Positions 1 to 11,273 are shown, counted from the whole stretch's first letter. The stretch is DNA of 63,434 nt, filler included, from Asterionella formosa (GCA_002256025.1; 25 parts of 25 records of this genome joined end to end with filler, not necessarily neighbours in it), one strand, 5' to 3'. Notes: generated by a model not told the origin, from the letters alone. Made by a program: numbers and translations.

Positions 1-417
1 AAACACGTACGAGTCCCTACCATAAAAGAGGCATTCTCGTTTTCGGTCATTCGTTTATTATACGAATGAAGTAGAAGAATTTCGTAATTGTTCAGTCACG
101 ACGAGGAAAATGTCTCGTCCATCATCAGTATCTTCTATCATCATAAAAAATTGGTGGGACTTGACGGGAATACCGGTACCGGTATGAAAAATCGATTTCG
201 GATGGCCGGTTAGGATTTATTGGAAATGTCTCTTTAGGATAGAGCGACAATGGCAGCATGTTCGATAGTCGTCCATATCTTTGTAGCGGTAAATGGGGAG
301 AAATATTTCAAGTCTTTACTCAAGAGACATTATTATTTCAACAATTCTCAATCTTCGTCCCTACTTACTACCTGGTAGCTAACCAACTGCCGAACAGCAA
401 CATTTGTTTGTTGGTCC

Positions 418-1511
418 CGAAGTAACTTCGACACAATTACCGTCTCGTCCGTTTCGTCTTTCTCCATATGTAGTCTGTGTAGTACTAGCTTTGTGGGTAC
501 TTAGCTGCAATATATAAAATCGACCCATCAAATACTAGAATAGCGAGCCAGAAATACTAAGTAGAAGTAGCATAAATGGTTTTTGAATTCGGTGCTAAGT
601 AAACGTGTCCTTTTTCCAAAATCCGGGTTCAAAATGCGGATCCAATCTCCGGGTTCTGCGGCAGTCGAGTTGCGCTTTGCCGTGGGAGGGACGTAGGGTG
701 GGTGATTTTAGACTATAAATTGCGAAAGGCTTGGCGATGCTTTAGACTGCTTCTCTGAATTGTTATTCAAAGAATTGTGTGCTTCACCCTTGCACTAATT
801 CACTTGTTTAACCTCGCGTGGTTGCTCTTGTCTTCCCTTGTCTTAGCTGCCGATTCTTGGTTGTTCGATTCAACTCTAAAAGCTAGAACTTAATAGTCGC
901 GTTGTCGCTATATTGAATTCTCAGCTTCGACTCCTTCGATTCGCGTCGCGTGGTTTGTATCATCCGGTGCTCGCCTGATATACTAACTCCATCGCGTCCG
1001 TCCTTGTCCGTAATATCAACGAAGTAACTTCGACACAATTACCGTCTCGTCCGTTTCGTCTTTCTCCATATGTAGTCTGTGTAGTACTAGCTTTGTGGGT
1101 ACTTAGCTGTAATATATAAAATCGACCCATCAAATACTAGAATAGCGAGCCAGAAATACTAAGTAGAAGTAGCATAAATGGTTTTTGAATTCGGTGCTAA
1201 GTAAACGTGTCCCTTTTCCAAAATCCGGGTTCAAAATGCGGATCCAATCTCCGGGTTCTGCGGCAGTCGAGTTGCGCTTTGCCGATCCACTTTCCAGTCA
1301 CGACGAATTATGTTAGATGAGCCGTGGCATGCGCGTCTCGCCCTGCCATTGTCGATCGAGATGTGAATGCTATTGTATTTGCCGGCGGATGGAAGAATGT
1401 CGTTGTCGTGATCATCTTTTGGCTAACTGACTTCGTAAATTCCGCCACTTGCTTACGGATGTAAATTAGAAATGCGTCCGATTTCCAGCGACCAATTAGC
1501 ATGACCATGTA
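418..1511 (-). mobile_element. 3' end of a Ngaro-like tyrosine-recombinase (YR) retrotransposon with split direct repeats (B1-A2-B2)
   Basis: YR C-terminus at 1308-1511 is followed, in element sense, by a 265-bp direct repeat (1020-1284 and 418-682; 2 mismatches seen) flanking a unique segment 683-1019. Confidence 0.75.
1308..1511 (-). CDS. Tyrosine recombinase C-terminus (partial)
   Basis: MLIGRWKSDAFLIYIRKQV matches the GRW-x-S-x-A-F-x-x-Y-I-R catalytic-Tyr box of DIRS/Ngaro recombinases. Confidence 0.85.
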   Translation of the reverse strand, partial: YMVMLIGRWKSDAFLIYIRKQVAEFTKSVSQKMITTTTFFHPPANTIAFTSRSTMAGRDAHATAHLT

Positions 1512-1611
1512 NNNNNNNNNNNNNNNNNNNNNNNNNNNNNNNNNNNNNNNNNNNNTTAATTAATTAANNNNNNNNNNNNNNNNNNNNNNNNNNNNNNNNN
1601 NNNNNNNNNNN
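1512..1611. other. Artificial contig-joining linker (N44-TTAATTAATTAA-N44); first of 24
   Basis: Same 100-bp block with stops in all six frames starts at 1512, 3123, 4734, 6344, 7954, 9564, 11174, 12784, 14394, 16003, 17612, 19221, 20830, 45754, 47363, 48975, 50583, 52190, 53797, 55404, 57011, 58617, 60223, 61829. Sequence on either side is not contiguous. Confidence 0.98.
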
Positions 1612-2456
1612 TCACCATGGTGGTGACCAGCAACTGCCATTCCATCGCCATTGTACACCTCCTTTTGTTGCTATTCCCACTCCTGCTATGACTGCTACTG
1701 CCGATCCAGCATTCTGTGATGAAGTTTGAGATTCTGCAGGTAAGCAATTGGATGCGAAGCTCATGATTTATGTAATGCTCTGACGATGATGGTGCCCTAT
1801 GAAAGTGTAAAATATAAAGTAAAAAGAAAAGAATTTTTGAAGTATAAACGGAGTAGAAATAAACATGGTTCCGGCGGAAAATATATTCATATACAGATAG
1901 AAAAATATGCACTGTAAGCCACCGCTATGCGATAATCTTAGTGACTTTGGAAATTTTTTATCTCATGACTAGATACACTGAATCAACACTGATTCCTTAA
2001 TAGTATAGCAGAGAGCATCGTCTAACAAATACTTTGTACTTGCATCAAGTTTTGATTGTTGTCTTACATAAATATTTTTAGTCGGAAGATAGAGAAAAAT
2101 AACGATGGCATACAGGTTTTACGTGGTACCTATTTTACAGTCCTCAACAGCATGCATGAATGGAACATGATTCTTCCTTTCAGACAGGGAAAAAAAAAGC
2201 GATGCAGGCTTTGAAAAAGCAGCAAGCAAGGAGCAGAGGAACAACACAGGAAATAAATATATGGAAAAAATACTTTGGAGAACAAACAACAACCAAACGA
2301 CGACAAACATTAGTTCTCCATCCATCCATCTATCTATCCATCCATCTATCAGTAGAACTTTGAGTCTGTTGTACCGGTACTAGTCAGTAATAGTACAACA
2401 CACCAGCCACATCAAAAGAAAGACCGAAACAGAACTGAACAAAGCACACACACACG

Positions 2457-3122
2457 ATGTTGTCAGCTTTCATCAAACGCAAAAAGAGTAGCAAAGTTTC
2501 CAATTCCGCGTCCACGATCAATCCTAATTCTGATGATGGCACCATCACGACCACAAAAAAAACGACTGCTACCTCTCGTCTTGGAGCCGTAAGTGTGAGT
2601 GGGAACTCGACTGTCTTTCGTGTGACTGTTCCAGAAAGTGTCCAACCTGGAGAAGAATTTCAAGTCTATGCTGGAGGTCGAATTGTTAGAGTTCGTTGTC
2701 CAATAGATTCTAGACCTGGACAAGCCTTGCAAATTACAGTCCCAGCAGCTCCTCCTCCTACTACTACTACTTCTCCTCCTGATGGCAATACCAACAACAA
2801 TACCAACAACAACAGTCTACTACAAGATTCACCAAATGTTCAACCCATTCAAGATGGACATCAAGGAGGGCCCACTGCTTACATGGTTACCATTCCTGAT
2901 GGCATTCGAGGAGGACAACAGTTCCCTGTCACTATTCAAGGACAACAACTCATGGTAACTTGTCCACAAAATGCTAGACCAGGTATGAATGTTCGAATTG
3001 TACCACCACCAACCAGTACAGACATTACCAGTCGTACCAGTATGAATAGTAATACCAGCAACCACAGCAACAACAACAATAACATGTCATCACCACCGCT
3101 ACCAATTAGAGACCAAGACAAG
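2457..3122 (+). CDS. Hypothetical protein with repeated VTVP-x-G-x-x-PG/GG-x-x-F-x-V...CP modules (3' truncated by contig end)
   Basis: ATG-initiated ORF open to the contig end. Two related modules (FRVTVPESVQPGEEFQVYAGGRIVRVRCP; YMVTIPDGIRGGQQFPVTIQGQQLMVTCP) separated by N/T/P-rich linkers. Confidence 0.75.
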
Positions 3123-3222
3123 NNNNNNNNNNNNNNNNNNNNNNNNNNNNNNNNNNNNNNNNNNNNTTAATTAATTAANNNNNNNNNNNNNNNNNNNNNN
3201 NNNNNNNNNNNNNNNNNNNNNN

Positions 3223-4152
3223 CGAGTCTTGATTTTTAGAAATGACCGCAACGAACAAGTGCTGCGCTTCAGGGTTCATGAAACGGAACAGTGCACATTG
3301 CAATCATCGACCATTGCTACGATTCTGTATTTGGCATGCGATGCTGCTACTGCTGGTGGTGGTGGTGGTGGTGGTTTTGATGATGATTATAATTCAAGAA
3401 CAGCCTTCTTTCAAGAACGTGTGCTGGAGCTCAACTCTCAATTGGGACTTGCAGGATTGTTGGGAGCTCTTTGTGTGGAAGTTGTTACTACCACCAATAC
3501 TAGCAACAACAAGGACAAGGACGAGATTGACATTTTACCCGAAAAGACCAAGAAAACAACGAAATCTCCCTTTCCTTCTACTCTCACCTCCCTCACACTG
3601 TCTGACGATGACCCCAAGGCCTTGCATTTGGCTGCCATGAATGTCAAACAAGTGACAACAGACAATCGTTTGGTCAAACTGCTGGAATTAGATTGGCGTC
3701 ATCATCCTCGGATGCATCCTGGGAAACAATTGTATCGTAGTATTTTGGGATCAGACTTGTCGGAAAACTTTCCCACAGTCAAAGAATTGGCCCGGACTGT
3801 GGCCTATCATCTGGAACCTCAGATTGGTCGATTTGTTCATGTTGGGCCAGATAGTCTGTTGCTGTCCAAATTCTTGAATGAGGGGTACTTGATGCGTGTC
3901 GATGCCAGGTATGTTACTTTGGAATCTCATATTTATCATCAACAAGTCTTGCCAGAGGGTGAAATGCCTGTCAAGGAATTCGAACTACAACGTGTCAAGG
4001 AGCAAACGATGGAAGTGCTCCATGCAACGCATCATCCTGACTATGATGGAATCAATGGTGAATTCTTTTTTCCCATGGAGACGGGGACTTTTGAAAATCC
4101 AGCTCCAGACAAGTATTTGGAAAAGGAACGTGGCCCAAGTCCATGGAAATGA
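3223..4152 (+). CDS. SAM-dependent methyltransferase-like protein (METTL21/family-16-like, degenerate motif I), 5' partial
   Basis: Frame open from contig start. RVLELNSQLGLAG, LTLSD, LELDW and ILGSDL resemble family-16 methyltransferase motifs. Confidence 0.6.
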   Translation, partial: RVLIFRNDRNEQVLRFRVHETEQCTLQSSTIATILYLACDAATAGGGGGGGFDDDYNSRTAFFQERVLELNSQLGLAGLLGALCVEVVTTTNTSNNKDKDEIDILPEKTKKTTKSPFPSTLTSLTLSDDDPKALHLAAMNVKQVTTDNRLVKLLELDWRHHPRMHPGKQLYRSILGSDLSENFPTVKELARTVAYHLEPQIGRFVHVGPDSLLLSKFLNEGYLMRVDARYVTLESHIYHQQVLPEGEMPVKEFELQRVKEQTMEVLHATHHPDYDGINGEFFFPMETGTFENPAPDKYLEKERGPSPWK

Positions 4153-4287
4153 ACAAGAACGATGGATTCCATCACTGAATGACAAACATAAACACTACGT
4201 AGACTCAAGAGTTACCAATGTGATGGTTACAACATTAACGATTCCACAAAATGAATTCTAGGAACGGCTATAGTTAGCTTTCGAGCG

Positions 4288-4733
4288 TTACCAAACGAAG
4301 AACTTCTTCTTATTCAAAATGGCATCCATTTCCCTCTTCATGGCTTCAGTTTCCTCAACTGCAGCTGCAGCCCGATCTTCCAAAAGTTGTACTTGCTCCC
4401 GAGTCTTGGCGAAATTGTCGTTTTGCTCATTCTCGAGTTGTCTAATATGTTGTTGGAAAGCTTCAATAGATTCTTGATACCCTTGCATGGTTTCGATCAA
4501 ACGAGTCACAATCACCCCGGCAGATAAAAGTGCACTGACTTGATCTTGTTCGGTTGTAAGGTTATCTTGCAACTGACGTACCAGCAGTATTTCATCTTCG
4601 GACGTTTGGACTCTACAAGATTCCAATTCCGTAACTTGACTGGCATGTTGCTCGCGAAGGGTCTGGACAGTGCTACGAAGTACTCCAACTTGTTCACCAT
4701 CATCATCATCATCTGCCGCCGCGGCGGCGGCTG
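4288..4733 (-). CDS. Coiled-coil protein C-terminus (5' partial)
   Basis: Frame stays open upstream to the contig edge (AAAADDDDGEQVGVLRSTVQTLREQH...). E/Q/K/L heptad composition; convergent with the previous gene. Confidence 0.65.
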
Positions 4734-4833
4734 NNNNNNNNNNNNNNNNNNNNNNNNNNNNNNNNNNNNNNNNNNNNTTAATTAATTAANNNNNNNNNNN
4801 NNNNNNNNNNNNNNNNNNNNNNNNNNNNNNNNN

Positions 4834-5530
4834 CCAAAACTTTTGCCTCAGTGTGTCGCACCTGTAAATTGAGACGAAGCAAGCCCTTCGAGATGTCCAA
4901 GAGCAATCCTGGACGATCTGGAGCATCAACTCCAACAACGAATGCGCGATCGTGACTATCCGAAACGACAACAATTTTAGAAGGACTTGTCCCTGTCTCG
5001 CCAGCCGCCAAGGGAGTGCGCTCCCTGATTTGGTCGGTAATCTTATTGATACTTCTCTGACGCTCTGATTCGTCATACTCAATCATTGACTCTTTCGTGA
5101 CACCGACTTCAACAGGAAAATCGTCAGCAACTTCAGAAGATTGCAACTGTAGATCGTCCTTCACTTCATTCGTCACGACTTCAAGACCGTGCTCCTCACA
5201 GAATTCTCCAAACTCTTCGATGAGCCCGGTGAAGTACACGATGTCTCCAACAGACAGGACAAAATCTGGACTGACGGCATGATGGACATTGCCTGTCGAA
5301 GCACGGTGTACACTGACGAGATAGATGCCACCAGAGTCTCTCAAGCCAGAGCGCTTGACAGTTCGTCCTGCCGCAGGTGACCATGGTGTCAACCTTGCTC
5401 CCAACAAGAGCTCATCGGCGTCCGTTAGTGGATCCAATGCATGATTCTTGGAGGCCCGACCCCCAGGCAGGGAGAATGGAGCAGCAAGCATAATGTACGC
5501 CAAACCAAAAATCGCAACAGGGACACCATA
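4834..5530 (-). pseudogene. SLC13/sodium-sulfate cotransporter (SLT-like) fragment with TrkA-C and ACT-like domains, interrupted by a Copia LTR
   Basis: TM segment YGVPVAIFGLAYIMLAAPF-LPGG, TrkA-C (SPAAGRTVKRSGLRDSGGIYLVSVHR...VLSVGDIVYFTG), ACT-like DAPDRPGLLLDIS. The frame runs directly into the LTR at about 5530. Confidence 0.8.
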
Positions 5531-5992
5531 TGATAAAATATATGGAATCCAACGAATCGAGAATCAATATTCTTAGTAGTGATTAGAAACCAAGACCCAA
5601 AACATCTCGTCATTTATTGACAAATGACTGGAGATGTTTACTTATTGACAAATGACCGGACTGGAGATGTTTACTTATTGACAAATGACTGGAGATGTTA
5701 CTTATTGACAAGTGAATCAGATGCTCACTTATTGTCAAAAGAATAAGTGCTGCTCACTTATTGTCAAATGAATATGCTTACTTATTGTCAAAGTAAGCAA
5801 GATCATTTTGACGGGATCAAGGAAAGTGTGAGAAGTCTTGTTCGGGATTACATGAGTAATCAGGCAAGAACAAGACTAGATAGACTATTAACAGAAAGCT
5901 CACAATATTACAAAGTGTAAAGTGAAAATACGTTTTCAGCTTTAGAGATCTTAAAAGTAAGATCTGTGATATTTCAACTAGACAATTTAACA
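5529..5992 (+). mobile_element. 5' LTR of a Ty1/Copia (CoDi-type) retrotransposon
   Basis: Near-identical second copy starting TGTGATAAAA at 52025 with different flank defines the left edge. Ends ...TTTAACA 31 nt before the gag ATG (right edge inferred). Confidence 0.75.
5612..5793 (+). repeat. Tandem ~25-31-bp repeats (ACTTATTGACAAATGACTGGAGATGTTT) inside the LTR
   Basis: About 7 progressively diverging copies of the TTATTG(A/T)CAA core. Confidence 0.9.
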
Positions 5993-6023
5993 CGTTTTAA
6001 AACGAACCTACAGGTCTAGAGAC

Positions 6024-6343
6024 ATGGTTACGGCCGATGAGAAATCAGGTGAGACTGTTCGCTTGATCAAGTTTGATGGAAGCGAAGCTGCTTGGCATGA
6101 GTGGAGTATCAAGACTCTTCAGCTTGCGAAATCTAAAGGTTTTAGGCATGTTTATGCCAAAGACACGAAGCCAATCGACGATGATGCCTATTTGGTGTCT
6201 ACTGATGATGACGAGAAGAAGAAGTATGAGTTGAATGACAAGGCATATCAGCTATTGATTCTTAGTGTCAGTGGGATTGCATTTGGGATTGTGAATTCTG
6301 CCAAGACAGATGATTTGATGGATGGAGATGCTTTTCTTGCCTG
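6024..6343 (+). CDS. gag: Copia Gag N-terminus (partial)
   Basis: LIKFDGSEAAWHEW ... NDKAYQLLILSV ... GDAFLA, a typical Copia Gag N-terminus directly after an LTR. Confidence 0.85.
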
Positions 6344-6599
6344 NNNNNNNNNNNNNNNNNNNNNNNNNNNNNNNNNNNNNNNNNNNNTTAATTAATTAAN
6401 NNNNNNNNNNNNNNNNNNNNNNNNNNNNNNNNNNNNNNNNNNNTGATGGATGGAAATGATGAGCCAAATTACATTACTTGAACTGGTTCATTATCCTACC
6501 AAGAAATTCGAATACAGGAATCAAATAGAAACAAAACATATAATAATTAAATATATGTAGTCAAAAGGGTAACTATTTAAATTACAAAGGCATTTATCA

Positions 6600-6690
6600 A
6601 AATTATTAGATGATATAACAAAATATTATGATCAGATGATCACAATCCTATGATGCATCATGGAAATATGATAGTTTTTATTTGCAGACG
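6600..6690 (+). mobile_element. Terminus of the TA-targeting TIR element family (see 32515-35383)
   Basis: Similar to 35299-35383; ends TATTTGCAGACG followed by TA. Confidence 0.7.
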
Positions 6691-7744
6691 TAGCCACCAC
6701 TGGCAGACAAGAAAGATGAAGAGGTTTTGAGGCCTTGTAATGACAAAGGGCTTGTGACAAGTGTGACAAGGCGTGGCGTTGTTGTTCGGTGACAGGAGCT
6801 TTTATGAAGCAATCAAAAATGTGCTTTGGCGGAGAGAGAAAGGTTCCGAAGTTTCAGAGGCAAGGGTTTTGACAAGACAGGCTTCCAGCGGGATTGCCTG
6901 GCTGCTGTACTGAAGGGGAAGACTGTGATGGTCTCCGTTCCGGTCTTACCAGTTGAATGACAGCAATGTGAGTTCACAAATTTATGAAGGTTCCAATTCA
7001 ACAACTAGCAAGTTCTGCGATTTTTTTTTTGGGGGGGGGGGGTGGCTGACGTACACCCATAGGGTGTTTCGCCAATTAAATTTATTCACATTCACTAGGC
7101 GTGGTCCACAAAACAGGAAAAGTACCTGGAGATTTTAAGAAGTTTACGGTATATAGGGGGAGTAACAAAATGGTCCTGGTAAGTAAAAAAGAAACTATAC
7201 AAATAAAGCGGAGCAATCAGAATACCGGTATCCTGGTTGGCTGGTTGGTACCAGGTAATGTCCCTGCAAGATGCGGTCATTTTGAAAGATTATAATGAAC
7301 ATATAGAATAAAGATAGCGGGATGTTTAATTTCAAAACAATTACCAGGTACCGGAACTTGCTGGTACTCTCTGGTACCTCGCTTATTTCTATCCATCGAA
7401 TGATCTTTTGTCGTGTACAAGACCAAAACTATGGTAGGTATTGAGAGAGAAAGAAAATTGTATGCAAGAATTTATTTATATATATATATATAATTCCGGC
7501 ACTCTGCTATTCACAATACTACACCTATGCATTACTGGGCATGAATGCATTTGTAGAGCAAATTACTCATCCATAGATGAAAACTCCATGAGATTTCCGC
7601 AACAAATCTAATCAGCCTACTGGTATACTCTTGTGAGACGTCGACAAGAATCAAAACGAGCACAAAATCAAATTCCAGAACAAAGAGCTTGAAATACCAT
7701 AGCGAATAAGGCTTCCTCGTTTCCAGCAATAACGAAAAGCAGCA

Positions 7745-7953
7745 ATGGACGAGATGAATCCCCTTTGTTGGCCGCGTCAAGGAATCAATAGGCCTCATGC
7801 AAATGATGTCTTGTATGGACGAGGAAGAGGAACCAACCATCGTAAGTATCTTCAACCGCAGAATGATATAACCTCCTTGTACCTCGAACTGATTTCTAGG
7901 AATTCTAGTTCTTAACCTGCTACCTTTCTTGATCCATTTCTCAGATCCAGGAA
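7745..7953 (+). CDS. DUF6824-domain protein, 5' part (exon 7745-7841, intron 7842-7944, exon 7945-)
   Basis: Spliced translation MDEMNPLCWPRQGINRPHANDVLYGRGRGTNH|HPG fits the DVL-x-GRG-x-x-x-N-x-HPGN motif; GTAAGT...CAG intron. Not in the ORF track. Confidence 0.8.
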
Positions 7954-9958
7954 NNNNNNNNNNNNNNNNNNNNNNNNNNNNNNNNNNNNNNNNNNNNTTA
8001 ATTAATTAANNNNNNNNNNNNNNNNNNNNNNNNNNNNNNNNNNNNNNNNNNNNACCTGTGTGTCAGAATGTGTCTGTCAGGCTGTTGATGTTGACAGGTG
8101 TCCGAAGACTAGATGTAGTAGGAATTGGAATATACGGGTATGCTATCACAGCATCAGCAGTTGGTTGCGTTTTGTTAAATACAGGCAATGTCTTGTATTA
8201 TGACAGAAAGTATTCAATTCCTGGTAAAGGGCGGGAGGAGTTCACTCACTACGAGCCATGATTGTATCCTTTGGTGTTGGTAGTAGCATATCAAACCTTC
8301 TTTTGGGAGGAAGACATACTTGCCACAAGGAATTACTTTTTGAAAGTCTGGCTGTGCCAGCCATAGAACAACAAATGACACTTGTGGTCGGATTTTTCAA
8401 TTTCTTGTGATCAAGCACTGTTCAATCAATGCAAATGTTACATTTTCGAAGAGATTTTCGGCATTGAAGAAATGCAATCTCATTGAAACTTTTCTTCAAA
8501 AGAGTACCTTTCCCTTACTAATAGATACCCATCCCTCCAATGTGTTGCCAGAAATCATGAAAAAAATGGAATTAATGTTTCCCGAAACTCCAATTTTTCT
8601 GTACTAATTGATCTGATCTGGAAGTGTGGTGACCATAGTGTGTTGTGTGGTGTTCAGGTACATATTTCCAAACACCACAATGTACTGAAAAAGTTTGCAG
8701 AAATGTGTAAAAAGGCGAGATGGCTTGAAAAATTCAAAAAGATTTATTTGCTATATTCAAGTCCTGAACAATGTGCAGCTAATTCCGTTCAATGCCTTAG
8801 TATTCCTAAAACACAGGGACAACAAATCACAGTTGTTACACTAGTATATCATGCAAAAGCAGTATACCCTGTCTCAGCCAAGTCTCTGCAACGGCCTAGA
8901 AAAGGTTGTGAAGAAGGTAGTTTTTGCAGTATTTGGGGTGAGGGGAGTTTGTCTTCTAGGGGTCATGTACATGTAGTGCTAAGGACCTAATCTAGAGTCT
9001 AGAGACCATTATGAACTGCTTATGAATACACTTAGTACTACCTGGTACCGTTACAGTTCAAGGTTCACTACGGTATGCTGTCCGCAATCTATTTATGAGA
9101 GAACATTGAAAATTAACTTCGTCTGGTAAAATACGACCGGTATACTCCTACGAGTATGACATACCGGTACTCGGACCTGTCCATATTTTTGTGAATGGTT
9201 CACATACATTGTTGATTAATTAATATGTGTTTTGTATACACACATGCGGACAAATATTCGCAAAAGTCGGACTTTCCCGGAACTCCCAGGGTGTACAATC
9301 ATACACGCCACGCAGTAGGATGCTGGATCGCAAGACGAAGTTGTATTCCATATGACTATAAATATATATGTATACAAGATCCTGTATGTAGAAAACAAGG
9401 TTGACAAAAGTACCATGACAGCAAAAGAAAGCATGTGCCGATATAGTAGAGTAACTGGTACATGGTACTGGAACCTGTTTCATGATGGTACATTCACAAC
9501 ATTGCTGACCCTTCTTTATATATTGACAGAAGGTTCTCCTCTCCTTTCCTCTCCTTTCCTCTCNNNNNNNNNNNNNNNNNNNNNNNNNNNNNNNNNNNNN
9601 NNNNNNNTTAATTAATTAANNNNNNNNNNNNNNNNNNNNNNNNNNNNNNNNNNNNNNNNNNNNAGGGTCGTTCTTATCATTTTTTTTCGTGTATCACGGA
9701 ATTTGAATTTTTTTGAAAATGTATCAGCAACGGTAACTCGATTTGAACTGAATTTCATTCATTCCAAAAGTGTCACTGTATCACTAATTTGTGATCACAT
9801 TGTATCATGGAGTAAAATGAATCTTCAACGGCAACAGGCTGGCGAAGATCATGTGTATATCCCTCCAGAATATAATGATGGTCTTGATATCAAGCAACAA
9901 CAAAATATAATTACCGGGAAACTAAATATAATATTAAAAACACACATTTGCATGAATC

Positions 9959-10582
9959 ATGTCGTCGCCATTTGATTTACTTGATGATAATGACGATGAC
10001 AGTAGTGATCTTGATTTCTTCTTCCTCTGTCATTTAACTAAGGAAGCAGAGGAAAAAGAACACTCATCCAAACGACAAAGGCGACGCTGTAAACGGCAGC
10101 TTCAGTCATCTGAACGACGACGACAACGAAGGCACAAGTGGCACCACGAAAGAATCTCCTGGCAATCACATGTCGAGAAACTCAATCACGAGATTGCTTT
10201 CGAGAAGACATACAGAATGTCACACAGAGCATTCAAAAAACTCACCTCCATGCTGGAAATTCAGATTGCAGGGAATTATTCCAAATGTGGCACTTCTGAG
10301 CCCATAATTCCCGAAATTGTGGTAGCCATTGGTTTGCGATGGCTGGCTGGTGGCAGTTACATCGACATTCGTCATGCCTACGGTTGTAGCATTGCTTCAC
10401 TTTATCGATGTCGTGATTTGTTCATTGATGCTGTACTAAACTGTGAAGAACTCGAAATTATTTTTCCAAAAGAAAAAGAAGAATTTATCAAATTGGCTTC
10501 CAGCTTTGAATGCAAAAGCTCAGAGGGCGTGATGAGAGGATGTGTTGGTGCTATTGACGGCTTCCTTGCCACCATCAACCGC
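9959..10582 (+). pseudogene. Harbinger DDE transposase (DDE_Tnp_4/HARBI1-like), truncated after the first catalytic Asp
   Basis: FEKTYRMS-x-x-x-F-x-x-L, GLRWLAGGSYIDI, GCVGAIDG. Sequence after about 10582 is the antisense of ORF2. Confidence 0.88.
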
Positions 10583-10929
10583 ATGAGCGAGTTGACGAAC
10601 TCATCAATATTGGCTAGCCAACCGGGAAAGGGTTTCCTCTTTTCAGGGGGACCAAGAATCTCGTTAATGTCAAGAAGTGTACCAGTAGTAGTTGCAGGTA
10701 CGACATTTTCGGATGGATCCATCTCGTCAATGTCGAGTGTGTCAGCAGTTGGAGGTATTTTCATTTCAGGTGGAGGAACCATCTCGTCAATGTCGGTTGG
10801 ATCAGCAGTAGACAACTCAACAATATCTTCGACGTCCTCATCAGCTACAATGCATTGCTTCTCTTCCGAATCAATGCGAATAGAGGCAGCATCAGAAGTT
10901 TCAGCCGTACCCACTACTTTGCTGCTCAT
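10583..10929 (-). pseudogene. Harbinger accessory ORF2, N-terminal fragment
   Basis: Acidic N-terminus ending IDEFVNSL, homologous to 60339-60668 and to 62420-63434 (VDRFVDSLILPDDF). Confidence 0.75.
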
Positions 10930-11273
10930 TGCGCCAATTAATCGAGATATAGTCGATGTCGGAAGATTGGTATAGAGATGAGCGGACTACTGATTCTTGT
11001 ATGACTCACGAAGCTGAAAGGTAATGTATACAGAGTACCGTAGTATATATATAACAAAAAATAGTTGGCGCAATATTTAATAGTGTTGTGCTTGCGTATT
11101 TACAGTTATTTTATCAGTGGCAACGGACGTGATACACAGTGATCAACGGCTTGATCAGTGATACAGCATTGGTNNNNNNNNNNNNNNNNNNNNNNNNNNN
11201 NNNNNNNNNNNNNNNNNTTAATTAATTAANNNNNNNNNNNNNNNNNNNNNNNNNNNNNNNNNNNNNNNNNNNN

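Larger units (their letters stand above)
9665..11173 (+). mobile_element. Internally deleted PIF/Harbinger DNA transposon, copy 1
   Basis: TIR GGGTCGTTCTTATCATT at 9665; transposase 5' half fused tail-to-tail to the 5' part of the second ORF; highly similar inverted copy at 60323-61570. Confidence 0.85.

Noticed and set aside
1291..1305. TTTCCAGTCACGACG resembling the M13 forward primer site
   Set aside because: Imperfect, no other vector sequence, and similar CAGTCACGACGA words occur at ~93 and ~37803.
1512..1611. Regularly spaced TTAATTAATTAA palindromes and ORFs ending XXX-LIN/N
   Set aside because: Assembly linker. The ~1.6-kb periodicity and any gene neighbourhood across linkers are artefacts.
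5612..5793. CRISPR-like look of the ~27-bp repeats
   Set aside because: No unique spacers, no cas genes; they lie inside a Copia LTR.
10583..10975. S/G-rich C-terminal extension of the 338-aa transposase ORF as a novel domain
   Set aside because: It is antisense read-through into ORF2 across the deletion junction.
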